Shown here in pieces: positions 1 to 9,795 of a DNA stretch of 57,402 bases. The first letter of the stretch is position 1; each line of letters opens with the position of its first letter. The notes under the pieces are model-generated. The model was not told the origin of the DNA. It did no database searches and was given only the letters and a program-made list of their open reading frames with translations. A program made the translations under genes and the position numbers. The stretch is taken from the NCBI GenBank assembly GCA_034435875.1, contig DAOTWL010000023.1, positions 1-57,402 on the forward strand, written 5' to 3'. This DNA comes from Anaerolineae bacterium (GTDB lineage Bacteria; Chloroflexota; Anaerolineae; B4-G1; DUEL01).

Positions 1-196
1 CACGGAGCGCAGCGGAGTGCCGTCCAACGCGACTCCGCTTCGCTGCGTCGCTGACTACGAACGCCTGGATGTTCGTAGTCAGGCACGGAGCGCAGCGGAG
101 TGCCGTGACGCGACTCCGCTTCGCTGCGTCGCTGACTACGAACGCCTGGATGTTCGTAGTCAGGCACGGAGCGCAGCGGAGTGCCACCGGAAAGCG
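1..196. repeat. REP/BIME-like array: ~35-nt hairpin units in alternating orientation, 81-bp period
   Basis: Units GTTCGTAGTCAG-GCAC-N13-GTGC-CG at 71-105 and 152-186, plus a partial unit at 1-22. They alternate with inverted GCGAC..GTCGC variants at 28-63 and 109-144. Same family as 6002-6035, 13417-13452, 22607-22641, 22771-22968 and 25618-25790. Confidence 0.85.
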
Positions 197-276
197 CGTC
201 TCCAACCAGGGTGGTACCGCGGAGCGTGCCCCTTCGTCCCTGGACGAAGGGGCATTTTCATTCCAGGAGGAGGAGA

Positions 277-1206
277 ATGGGCATCCAGCCAACACCGTAT
301 ATCTGGCACAACGGGAAGTTGGTCCCGTGGGAGGAAGCGCGCGTGCATGTGCTGACCCATGCCCTTCATTACGGCTCCAGCATCTTTGAGGGCATCCGGG
401 CCTACGGGACCCCACGCGGTCCGGCCGTCCTGGGCCTGGAGCCGCACGTACGCCGCCTCTTTGCGTCCTGTAAAATCTACCGCCTCGCCGTCCCCTACTC
501 GCCGGAGGAAATCGCTCAGGCCATCCTGGATACCGTTCGGGCCAACGGCCTCCGGGATTGCTACATCCGCCCCCTGGTCTTCCGGGGGATGGGAACGCTG
601 GCCCTGGACGGCCGCGAGTGCCCCACTGAGGTCATTATCGCCACCATAGAAATGGGGAAGTACCTGGGAGAAGAAGGCCTGCGCCGGGGCATTGATGTGG
701 TCATCACCTCCTGGCAGCGGATGGCCCCCAACACCTTCCCGGCGATGGCCAAGATCGGGGGGCAGTACATCAACTCCCAACTGATCGCAATGGAGGCCCA
801 CGACCGGGGGGCCGCCGAGGGGCTGGCCCTCAGCGTGGACGGGTACGTCAGCGAGGGGAGTGGGGAGAACATCTTTGTGGTCCGGGACGGCGTGCTCTAC
901 ACCCCCCCTCTCTACGCCTCCATCCTGCCCGGCATCACGCGCGGGTTCGTCTTCCAACTGGCCCGCGACCTGGGATACGAGGTGCGGGAGGAGCCCATCG
1001 CCCGCGAGATGCTCTATCTGGCCGACGAGATGTTCCTGACCGGGACCGCCGCCGAGCTCACCCCCGTCCGGAGCGTGGACGGGATTCTGGTCGGAAATGG
1101 GGAGCGGGGGCCCATTACGGCCCGTCTGCAGGAAGAGTTCTTCGCCATCGTGACCGGCCGGAAAGCGGACCGCTTCGGCTGGCTGACCTTCGTGGAGGGC
1201 AGATGA
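277..1206 (+). CDS. ilvE: branched-chain amino acid aminotransferase (class IV)
   Basis: ORF 181..1206 trimmed to ATG 277, which follows AGGAGG (265-273). Motifs HYGSSIFEGIRAY, ENIFVVRDGVLYTPP and ILPGITR. Confidence 0.9.
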   Translation: MGIQPTPYIWHNGKLVPWEEARVHVLTHALHYGSSIFEGIRAYGTPRGPAVLGLEPHVRRLFASCKIYRLAVPYSPEEIAQAILDTVRANGLRDCYIRPLVFRGMGTLALDGRECPTEVIIATIEMGKYLGEEGLRRGIDVVITSWQRMAPNTFPAMAKIGGQYINSQLIAMEAHDRGAAEGLALSVDGYVSEGSGENIFVVRDGVLYTPPLYASILPGITRGFVFQLARDLGYEVREEPIAREMLYLADEMFLTGTAAELTPVRSVDGILVGNGERGPITARLQEEFFAIVTGRKADRFGWLTFVEGR

Positions 1207-2105
1207 ACGTCGTAGAACTGGCCCCGGGCATTTTCCACCTCCAGGGCGGCTCCAATATGGGGCTGGTCGTCCGGGAGGGGAGGGGATTGCTGATAGACGC
1301 CGGTCTGGACGAGGATGCGGCCCGGCGGGCCCTCCGCTTCGCCGAAGGGGAGGGGGTCCAACTGGAGGCCGTCTTCCTCACCCACGCCCATGCCGACCAC
1401 CACGGCGGCGCCCACTTCCTCCAGCGGCGGCTGGGGGTCCCCCTCTACGCGCCGGCCCTGGAAGCCGCCATGATGGAGAACCCCGTCATGGAGCCGCTGT
1501 TTCTCTTCGGCGGCGCGGCGCCCATCCGGGAACTGCGCCAGAAGTTCACCATGGCCCCGCCCTGCCAGATTGCCCGCGTCGTGGACGCGGGGCCGCTGGA
1601 GGTGGGGCCGTTCCGGGTGGAGGTGGTGCCGCTGCCGGGCCATGCCCTCAACCAGGTGGGCGTCGCCGTGGGGGATGTCCTCTTCTGCGCCGACGCCGTC
1701 TTCCCGGCGGAGACGCTGGAGAAGCACCGGGTCATCTTCTGCGCCGATATGGATGCCGCGCTGGAGACGCTGGCGCGCCTGCCGGAGATGCCCTATGCCC
1801 GCTTCGCCCCGGGCCACGGCCCCGCCACCGCCACCGGGGACGAAATCCGGGGAATCTGCGCGGCCAACCGGGCCCGCCTGGAGGAAATCCGGGCGCGGGT
1901 TCGGGAGGCCCTGGCCGAACCCGCCGACACCGACGCGCTGGTCCGGCACGTCGCCGACGCCTACGGCCTGCGCCTGACCACCGCCACCGCCTTCTTCCTG
2001 GCCCGCGCCACCGTCCTGGCCGCCCTCTCCTCGCTGGAGCGCGCCGGGGAGGTGAGGGCCGGGGTAGAGGAGAACCGGCTGGTGTGGCGCAGAAGCGTAT
2101 GGTAA
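1203..2105 (+). CDS. MBL-fold metallo-hydrolase
   Basis: HAHADHHGG metal-binding motif. ATGA start/stop overlap with ilvE. Confidence 0.8.
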   Translation: MNVVELAPGIFHLQGGSNMGLVVREGRGLLIDAGLDEDAARRALRFAEGEGVQLEAVFLTHAHADHHGGAHFLQRRLGVPLYAPALEAAMMENPVMEPLFLFGGAAPIRELRQKFTMAPPCQIARVVDAGPLEVGPFRVEVVPLPGHALNQVGVAVGDVLFCADAVFPAETLEKHRVIFCADMDAALETLARLPEMPYARFAPGHGPATATGDEIRGICAANRARLEEIRARVREALAEPADTDALVRHVADAYGLRLTTATAFFLARATVLAALSSLERAGEVRAGVEENRLVWRRSVW

Positions 2106-2203
2106 AATTAAGCCACCGGAGCGGTTATCTGGGGATGTCCGGAGAGAGCGGTCTTTGCGATCAGACAAACCGCACCATTGCAGAGGGATGGAGGAGAGAC
2201 GAT

Positions 2204-2533
2204 ATGGCGGATTCCCTCTCCCTTGCCGAAATCCAGCGGGTGGCCCAGGAAATCGCGGAGAAATTCCGGCCCCGAAGGGTCATCCTTTTCGGCTCTCATG
2301 CCTACGGGACGCCGGACCCGGATAGCGACGTGGACCTGCTGATTGAAATGGAAACCCCTCTGCGCAGCGTAGAGCAGGCCGTTGCCATCCGGCAGGCGGT
2401 AGACTTTCCTTTTCCCACCGACCTGCTGGTGCGTACCCCTCAGCAGATCGCCGAACGAATCCGTATCGGAGACCCCTTCTTTATGGAAATCCTGTCCCGA
2501 GGCAAGGTCCTTTATGAAGCCGATCACGAGTGA
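2204..2533 (+). CDS. MNT-type nucleotidyltransferase (antitoxin of a HEPN-MNT pair)
   Basis: ATG 2204 follows GGAGGAG. Motif GSHAYGTPDPDSDVDLL (GS..DxD). Overlaps the downstream HEPN gene by 20 nt. Confidence 0.8.
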   Translation: MADSLSLAEIQRVAQEIAEKFRPRRVILFGSHAYGTPDPDSDVDLLIEMETPLRSVEQAVAIRQAVDFPFPTDLLVRTPQQIAERIRIGDPFFMEILSRGKVLYEADHE

Positions 2534-2888
2534 ATGGGTGGATAAAGCCGAACAGGATTACCGAGTGGCCGTTTTCCTGAAAGAATCCGGGCTCCCGGTC
2601 TACGACGCTGTTTGCTTTCACGCTCAGCAATCCGCCGAGAAGTTTCTTAAGGCCTGGTTGATAGAACAGGGGGTGGATTTCCCTCGTACTCATGACCTGG
2701 AAGTGCTGGCGAAACTGGCCCTGCCCTCTTTGCCGGACCTGCACCCTCTGCTGGACGCTCTGAGATTCTTGACCAGTTTTGTGGTGGAAGTCCGTTATCC
2801 GGGCTTTGCGGCCGAAGAGAATGATGCCAAGAAGTGCCAGGGGATCGCCGAACGGCTGCGAGACCTGGTGCTTCGAGCCCTATTCTGA
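2514..2888 (+). CDS. HEPN domain protein (toxin of a HEPN-MNT pair)
   Basis: 124-aa helical protein (QSAEKFLKAWL, RTHDLEVL) translationally coupled to the MNT gene. This is the typical HEPN/MNT arrangement. Confidence 0.75.
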   Translation: MKPITSEWVDKAEQDYRVAVFLKESGLPVYDAVCFHAQQSAEKFLKAWLIEQGVDFPRTHDLEVLAKLALPSLPDLHPLLDALRFLTSFVVEVRYPGFAAEENDAKKCQGIAERLRDLVLRALF

Positions 2889-3200
2889 GAGGGCAACAAG
2901 TTGGGGAGGAGAACACCCAATGGGAGTCATCAAACTGAGCGTTTATCTGGATGACCCTTTTATTCGCGAAAAGGCCCGCATCGCCGCTGCGCGGCGCGGC
3001 ATCTCCATCAGTACGTATGTGCTCCAGGCCCTTCGTGACCGGCTGGTCCGGGAGGGGCTGCTCCCGGAGGAGACAAACCCCCAAGAAGCGGCGCGGGCCT
3101 TAGATGCTCTGAGAACCCACATCGGACCCATCGGTATTCCGGTGTGCGCGCTCATTGAAGAGGGGCGTACCGAATACGCAGTACGCAATAGGAGGAGCCC

Positions 3201-5996
<2,796 letters not shown>

Positions 5997-6001
5997 ACCC
6001 G

Positions 6002-6035
6002 CTGGTAGTCAGCCACGAAGCGAAGCGGAGTGGCG
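6002..6035 (+). repeat. single REP unit (GCCAC..GTGGC stem variant)
   Basis: CTGGTAGTCAGCCACGAAGCGAAGCGGAGTGGCG directly after the leuS stop. Confidence 0.75.
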
Positions 6036-6070
6036 TCCAGGTGACGCCCAAGCGGAACAACAAGTGATAA

Positions 6071-6101
6071 CGTGCCAGGCACTTCCGAGGTGCCTGGCAC
6101 G
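6071..6101. terminator. bidirectional GC-rich hairpin between convergent genes
   Basis: CGTGCCAGGCAC-ttccgag-GTGCCTGGCACG, a perfect 12-bp stem followed by tcttcattt. Lies between the leuS end (5996) and the minus-strand gene end (6109). Confidence 0.6.
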
Positions 6102-6108
6102 TCTTCAT

Positions 6109-7056
6109 TTACTCCATCGTCCCGAAGCGGGTGAGGGCCACCGCGCCCAGCCCCGCGCAGGTGACCAGGAAGCCTCCCACCCAGCCCACACAGGGGATCA
6201 GCCCCAGCAGGTCGCTGAGCAGCGTCAGGAGTCCTGCGCCCAGCGCGGCGGTCCAGAACGGCGAGACAGCCCGGGAGGTGAGGTTCGGCATCAGCCGCTC
6301 GCCGATGACGATGCCGATCGCCAGCCAGCCGAAGAGGACAGCGACCACCAGGGCGATGGCGACCGCGACCCCCACCGGGGAGAGGCAGAGGGTGATGACG
6401 AGCCCGAGGGTGAGCAGGATGCCGACGACCAGCGTCAGCAGGCCCATGCCGAAGGTGGGAAGGGGCCGCTCCAGCGCGCTCCGGCCCACCCGCGCCGCCG
6501 CCCGGGGCCACAGCAGGGCCACCAGCCCGGCCAGTCCGGCCATCACCACCGCCCGCAGGAGAATCTCCACCCCCCGCAGAGCGACCTGGAACATCAGTGC
6601 GGGCAGTCCGTCCGAAGGGAAGTACGGGTAGGTGGGAATTCTCACCCACCACCAGTGCCACCAGGAGGGAGGGTTCACCAGTTGCTGGCCGCGCACGACG
6701 GCACCCGTTTCCCGCTCCAGCGTTCCCCCCAGGGTCACTACACTGCCCTCCACCCGAGCCGTCCTTCTCAAGAGCAGGTCGCCGCCGAAGGCCACGACGT
6801 CCCGCTCCACAGTGCCAGCGATTTCCACGTCGCCGCCCCAGGCCACCACACTGCCCTCTACCCGGCTATCCGCCTCAATCCGCACGTCGCCGCCGAAGAC
6901 AATGAGGTCTCCCGCCAGCGTCTGGCCGCTCTGAAGGGTGAAATCTCCCCAGACAATCTGGCCCGGCGGCTGTCCGTCCGAGGCAAAGGCCGGTGTGGCT
7001 ATCACCAGCATCGTCACAGCAATCAGAAGAGTTTGCAGAACGCGTGGGAATCGCAT
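6109..7056 (-). CDS. bactofilin-like beta-helical repeat domain fused to a polytopic membrane domain
   Basis: ORF 6109..7653 trimmed to ATG 7056, which follows GGAGGT. Signal/TM segment MRFPRVLQTLLIAVTMLVIATPAFA. Repeats GGDVRIEADSRVEGSVVAWGGDVEIAG..FGGDLLL, then 4-5 hydrophobic helices. Confidence 0.7.
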   Translation of the reverse strand: MRFPRVLQTLLIAVTMLVIATPAFASDGQPPGQIVWGDFTLQSGQTLAGDLIVFGGDVRIEADSRVEGSVVAWGGDVEIAGTVERDVVAFGGDLLLRRTARVEGSVVTLGGTLERETGAVVRGQQLVNPPSWWHWWWVRIPTYPYFPSDGLPALMFQVALRGVEILLRAVVMAGLAGLVALLWPRAAARVGRSALERPLPTFGMGLLTLVVGILLTLGLVITLCLSPVGVAVAIALVVAVLFGWLAIGIVIGERLMPNLTSRAVSPFWTAALGAGLLTLLSDLLGLIPCVGWVGGFLVTCAGLGAVALTRFGTME

Positions 7057-7127
7057 GGGAATACCTCCGTTATTCTCCTCACCCCTCCCCCGGCGGCGAA
7101 GGCGGCGGGGGTGGGGTGAGGAAATGC

Positions 7128-8006
7128 TTACTCCAACTCCAGCGTCACATTGCCGATCCCGGCGGTCAAGGTCACCTCCAGGGTTGCCCCGGCCTGCCCG
7201 TAGGCCGGATTGCGGTACACGCCCCCGGAGAGTTGCCAGTCGCCACGGGTCTGCACATTGCTCAGCCCGCCTTCCACCACCACCCGTACCCCCACATCCC
7301 GGGGGAAGCGGAGCGTCAGAGACCCAACGCCGGCCGTCACCTGGATCCGGGCAGAATCGGCCCAGGGACCGGTGAAATCCAGCATCAGGTTGCCGATCCC
7401 GCCCTCCACCTGAACATCCCGGGGGCTGGCGTAGCCGATTCCCCGGACCTCCACGTTGGCCGCCCCGGCGCGGAGCCGGAGCCAGTCCATCGGGACGGTG
7501 ATCGGCGCATCCCAGCGCACGACCATATCCGAGGCGCCGGTCTCCAGGGAGAAATCGGTCAGCGCCAGGCCGCCCAGGTCCAGCCGCCCCTTTGCCGCAC
7601 CGACCTGGAGTTTCAGACTCATCGGCACGCGGGGGGCCAGGGCGAGGTCCCATTCATTCTCCGCTCCGGGGCCGGGCATGCCCCGGGTGTCCGGCTGGGC
7701 GACCTTCAGGACCCCGTCTTTCCAGGTCACTTCGGGCTTCCATGCCGGGACGTTGGTCCGGAAGAGGCCGGAGAAGAGCAGGTCCGGCTCTCCGGCGGTT
7801 AACGTCAGTTCCCCCACGCCCAGGGTGATTTTCACCTGGGCGGCCGTCGTGCCCTCCAGAGGAATCTCCTCCCGGTACTCCTGCATCGGCCCGACCTCCA
7901 GAGTGGGCACGCCGGGCAGGGAAATGCCGGGGACCGTAATGGTGCATGCCAGACTGCTCAGCACCAGCAGGAACAGTACAGACCAGACGATTCTTTTCCG
8001 CATCAT
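7128..8006 (-). CDS. lipoprotein with toastrack-like (DUF2154/DUF4097-like) beta-rich domain
   Basis: Lipobox LSSLAC. Repetitive beta segments (LGVGELTLTAG, QVGAAKGRLDLGG, VTAGVGSLTLRF, LTAGIGNVTLELE). Confidence 0.6.
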   Translation of the reverse strand: MMRKRIVWSVLFLLVLSSLACTITVPGISLPGVPTLEVGPMQEYREEIPLEGTTAAQVKITLGVGELTLTAGEPDLLFSGLFRTNVPAWKPEVTWKDGVLKVAQPDTRGMPGPGAENEWDLALAPRVPMSLKLQVGAAKGRLDLGGLALTDFSLETGASDMVVRWDAPITVPMDWLRLRAGAANVEVRGIGYASPRDVQVEGGIGNLMLDFTGPWADSARIQVTAGVGSLTLRFPRDVGVRVVVEGGLSNVQTRGDWQLSGGVYRNPAYGQAGATLEVTLTAGIGNVTLELE

Positions 8007-8020
8007 CCCTCCTTCTCACT

Positions 8021-8069
8021 CACGTTTCACGTTTCACGTTTCACGTTTCACGTTTCTCTCTTCACGTTT
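8021..8069. repeat. heptanucleotide tandem repeat (CACGTTT)x5 plus 2 degenerate units
   Basis: cacgttt at 8021, 8028, 8035, 8042, 8049 and 8063. Fills the gap between the anti-sigma stop and the toastrack start. Confidence 0.9.
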
Positions 8070-8605
8070 CAGGAAGCCACCGGCTGCCAGCGGCGCAGCA
8101 GGCCCCACCACAGGCCCCCCAGAAGCAGCGCCGTCGTCAGGATGCAGAGGGCCAGCGGCAGGGTCTGGACGACCAGCGCGCCGGCCAGCAGGCCCAGGGA
8201 GTTCAAAAGCAGGCGGGCCGCCCCGAGAAGGTGTTCCAGCAGGACGCCCCCACTGTGGGAGAGGGCCACCAGGAAGCCCGCCCAGCCGGGCAATGTCCAG
8301 AGAATCGGGAGGAACCCGACGAAAAGGACAAGAGCGGTCCCCGCGGCCAGCGCCAGGCCACCGAAAACGGCGCGCCGCCGGGCCCGGCGCCGGTCCATCT
8401 GCGCCATCACCCGCCCGACGAACCCCGGCGGTGGGGAAAGGATCGGCGCATGGCGCAGGACTTCCTCGGCGGCCTGCAATTGCTCCCACCGGACCCGGCA
8501 GCGATCACAGGCCACCAGGTGAGCCTGCAGGGCCTGCCACTCTTCGTCCGGCAGTTCGCCATCCAGTGCTTTCATCATTTTTTCCAGAGCCGTTTCACAC
8601 TCCAT
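8069..8605 (-). CDS. anti-sigma factor (zf-HC2 type, membrane-anchored)
   Basis: Trimmed to ATG 8605. MECETALEKMMKALDGEL..HLVACDRCRVRWEQL, followed by TM helices. Overlaps the sigma gene end by 11 nt. Confidence 0.75.
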   Translation of the reverse strand: MECETALEKMMKALDGELPDEEWQALQAHLVACDRCRVRWEQLQAAEEVLRHAPILSPPPGFVGRVMAQMDRRRARRRAVFGGLALAAGTALVLFVGFLPILWTLPGWAGFLVALSHSGGVLLEHLLGAARLLLNSLGLLAGALVVQTLPLALCILTTALLLGGLWWGLLRRWQPVAS

Positions 8606-9191
8606 TTTCCCTACTCCGTATTCCGTACTCCGTACTCCGCACTCCGCATTCCCTACTCCCGGCTTCCTCCCCCAGCATCTGGGCCAGCGCCAGACGGGCA
8701 CGGTGGAGCCGGGATTTCACCGCGCTGACCGTGCTGCCCAGAATCTGGGCCATCTCTTCGTAGGAGCAATCGTACCAGTACCGCAGAGTAACCGCCGCCC
8801 GGTCCTCGGCGGGGAGGCGCATCAGCAATCGCTGGATTCGCTCCCGGGTCTCCCAGGCGACAACCGCATCGTCGGGGTTGGCGCCGACTCCTCCGAGGAT
8901 GAGTTCGTCATCCAGTACCAGGACGGGCCGACGGCGGCGGATGCGGTCCACGCAGTAGTGGGCCGTGATGGAGAGCAACCAGTTCCGGAAAGGACGGGCG
9001 GGGTCGTACTGGCTCAGGTTGCGGAAGGCCCGCAGAAAGGTCTCCTGAGCCGCGTCCTCCGCCTCCATCCGTTCCCCCAGCATCCGGTAGGCCAGGTTGT
9101 ACACCGGCGTCTGGTAGAGGTGGACCAGATGGGCGAAGGCGTCTGCATCTCCCTTTTGGGCTTGCTGGATCCAGGTTGCTTCGTCTATCAT
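8595..9191 (-). CDS. ECF-type RNA polymerase sigma-70 factor
   Basis: Region 2 (FAHLVHLYQTPVYNLAYRMLG..AEDAAQETFLRAF) and region 4 (SYEEMAQILGSTVSAVKSRLHRAR). Confidence 0.9.
   Translation of the reverse strand: MIDEATWIQQAQKGDADAFAHLVHLYQTPVYNLAYRMLGERMEAEDAAQETFLRAFRNLSQYDPARPFRNWLLSITAHYCVDRIRRRRPVLVLDDELILGGVGANPDDAVVAWETRERIQRLLMRLPAEDRAAVTLRYWYDCSYEEMAQILGSTVSAVKSRLHRARLALAQMLGEEAGSRECGVRSTEYGIRSRENGV
8612..8660. repeat. heptanucleotide tandem repeat (TACTCCG-like) x7
   Basis: tactccg tattccg tactccg tactccg cactccg cattccc tactccc. Lies inside the last ~22 codons of the sigma ORF. Confidence 0.9.
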
Positions 9192-9318
9192 CGGCTTCTG
9201 CTAATTATACGTCAGATGGTGCGAAAAGTTGCGGGCAACATGGCCCTTGATTTTACTCACATCTCTTTGGGTAGGACTGCGGAAAACCATGGTCGGCGTT
9301 GGGGGTGGCTCTGAGGAG

Positions 9319-9629
9319 GCCCGGACGTATTGCAGTTTAACAAATTATTTGGGCAATCGCCTGAGGTGGACTTTGCTCCCTCATCCCCCCCTTGCCCCCC
9401 CTCCCCCAGAAGCGGGGGAGAAGGGGGGTTTGAGGGCGGCGGCTTCGCCACCCTCACCCCACCCCTATACCCCTCCCCTCTCCCGCAAGTAGGAGAGGGA
9501 AGGGGCCGGGGGAGGGGTGAGGTCCCCGCCGCCGAAGGCGAGCGGGAGAGGGGCCGGGGGTGAGGCGGGATGAGGGCGAGTCGCAGTTGATTGCCCAAAT
9601 AATTTTTCCAGTTGCAAAACGTCCGGGCT
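9319..9629. mobile_element. MITE-like element: ~45-bp terminal inverted repeats around G-rich palindromes
   Basis: Left arm GCCCGGACGTATTGCAG..AAATTATTTGGGCAATC (9319-9358). Right arm GATTGCCCAAATAATTT..GCAAAACGTCCGGGC (9589-9629). No ORF. Interior consists of GGGGAGGGGTGAGG-type hairpins. Confidence 0.6.
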
Positions 9630-9735
9630 CAGAAAACGAAGCCCTTTCAGGCTATGGAGACCCCCAACAAGCCGGATTTCAGCCCCCGAAGGGGGCTTCG
9701 CCACTGAGCCCGACGGTTTACCGTCGGGCCATCAA

Positions 9736-9795
9736 TTGACAAGACTTGACTTGACAAGACCCGGTTCTTGAGTACACTTTGAACACGTCAAGAAC
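9736..9795 (+). promoter_or_regulatory. direct repeats TTGACAAGAC x2 plus an 8-bp inverted repeat upstream of the Amt-like gene; candidate promoter/operator
   Basis: TTGACAAGAC at 9736 and 9751, with TTGAC at 9746. Possible -35 TTGACA (9751) and -10 TACACT (9773). GTTCTTGA(9764)-N16-TCAAGAAC(9795). Confidence 0.4.

Noticed and set aside
7057-7653. The N-terminal 199-codon extension of ORF 6109..7653, which would overlap the toastrack gene.
   Set aside because: The extension is Gly/Arg/Pro-rich junk read antisense to 7128..8006. A proper ATG with a GGAGGT RBS and a signal peptide occurs at 7056.
9257-9704. ORFs 9229..9492, 9257..9598, 9330..9563 and 9465..9704. Likewise 13332..13661, 19789..20244, 20515..21219 and 17..389.
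   Set aside because: They are translations of G-rich palindromic or REP repeats (PLSRSGEGRGVR-type peptides). They overlap one another on both strands and have no starts with an RBS.
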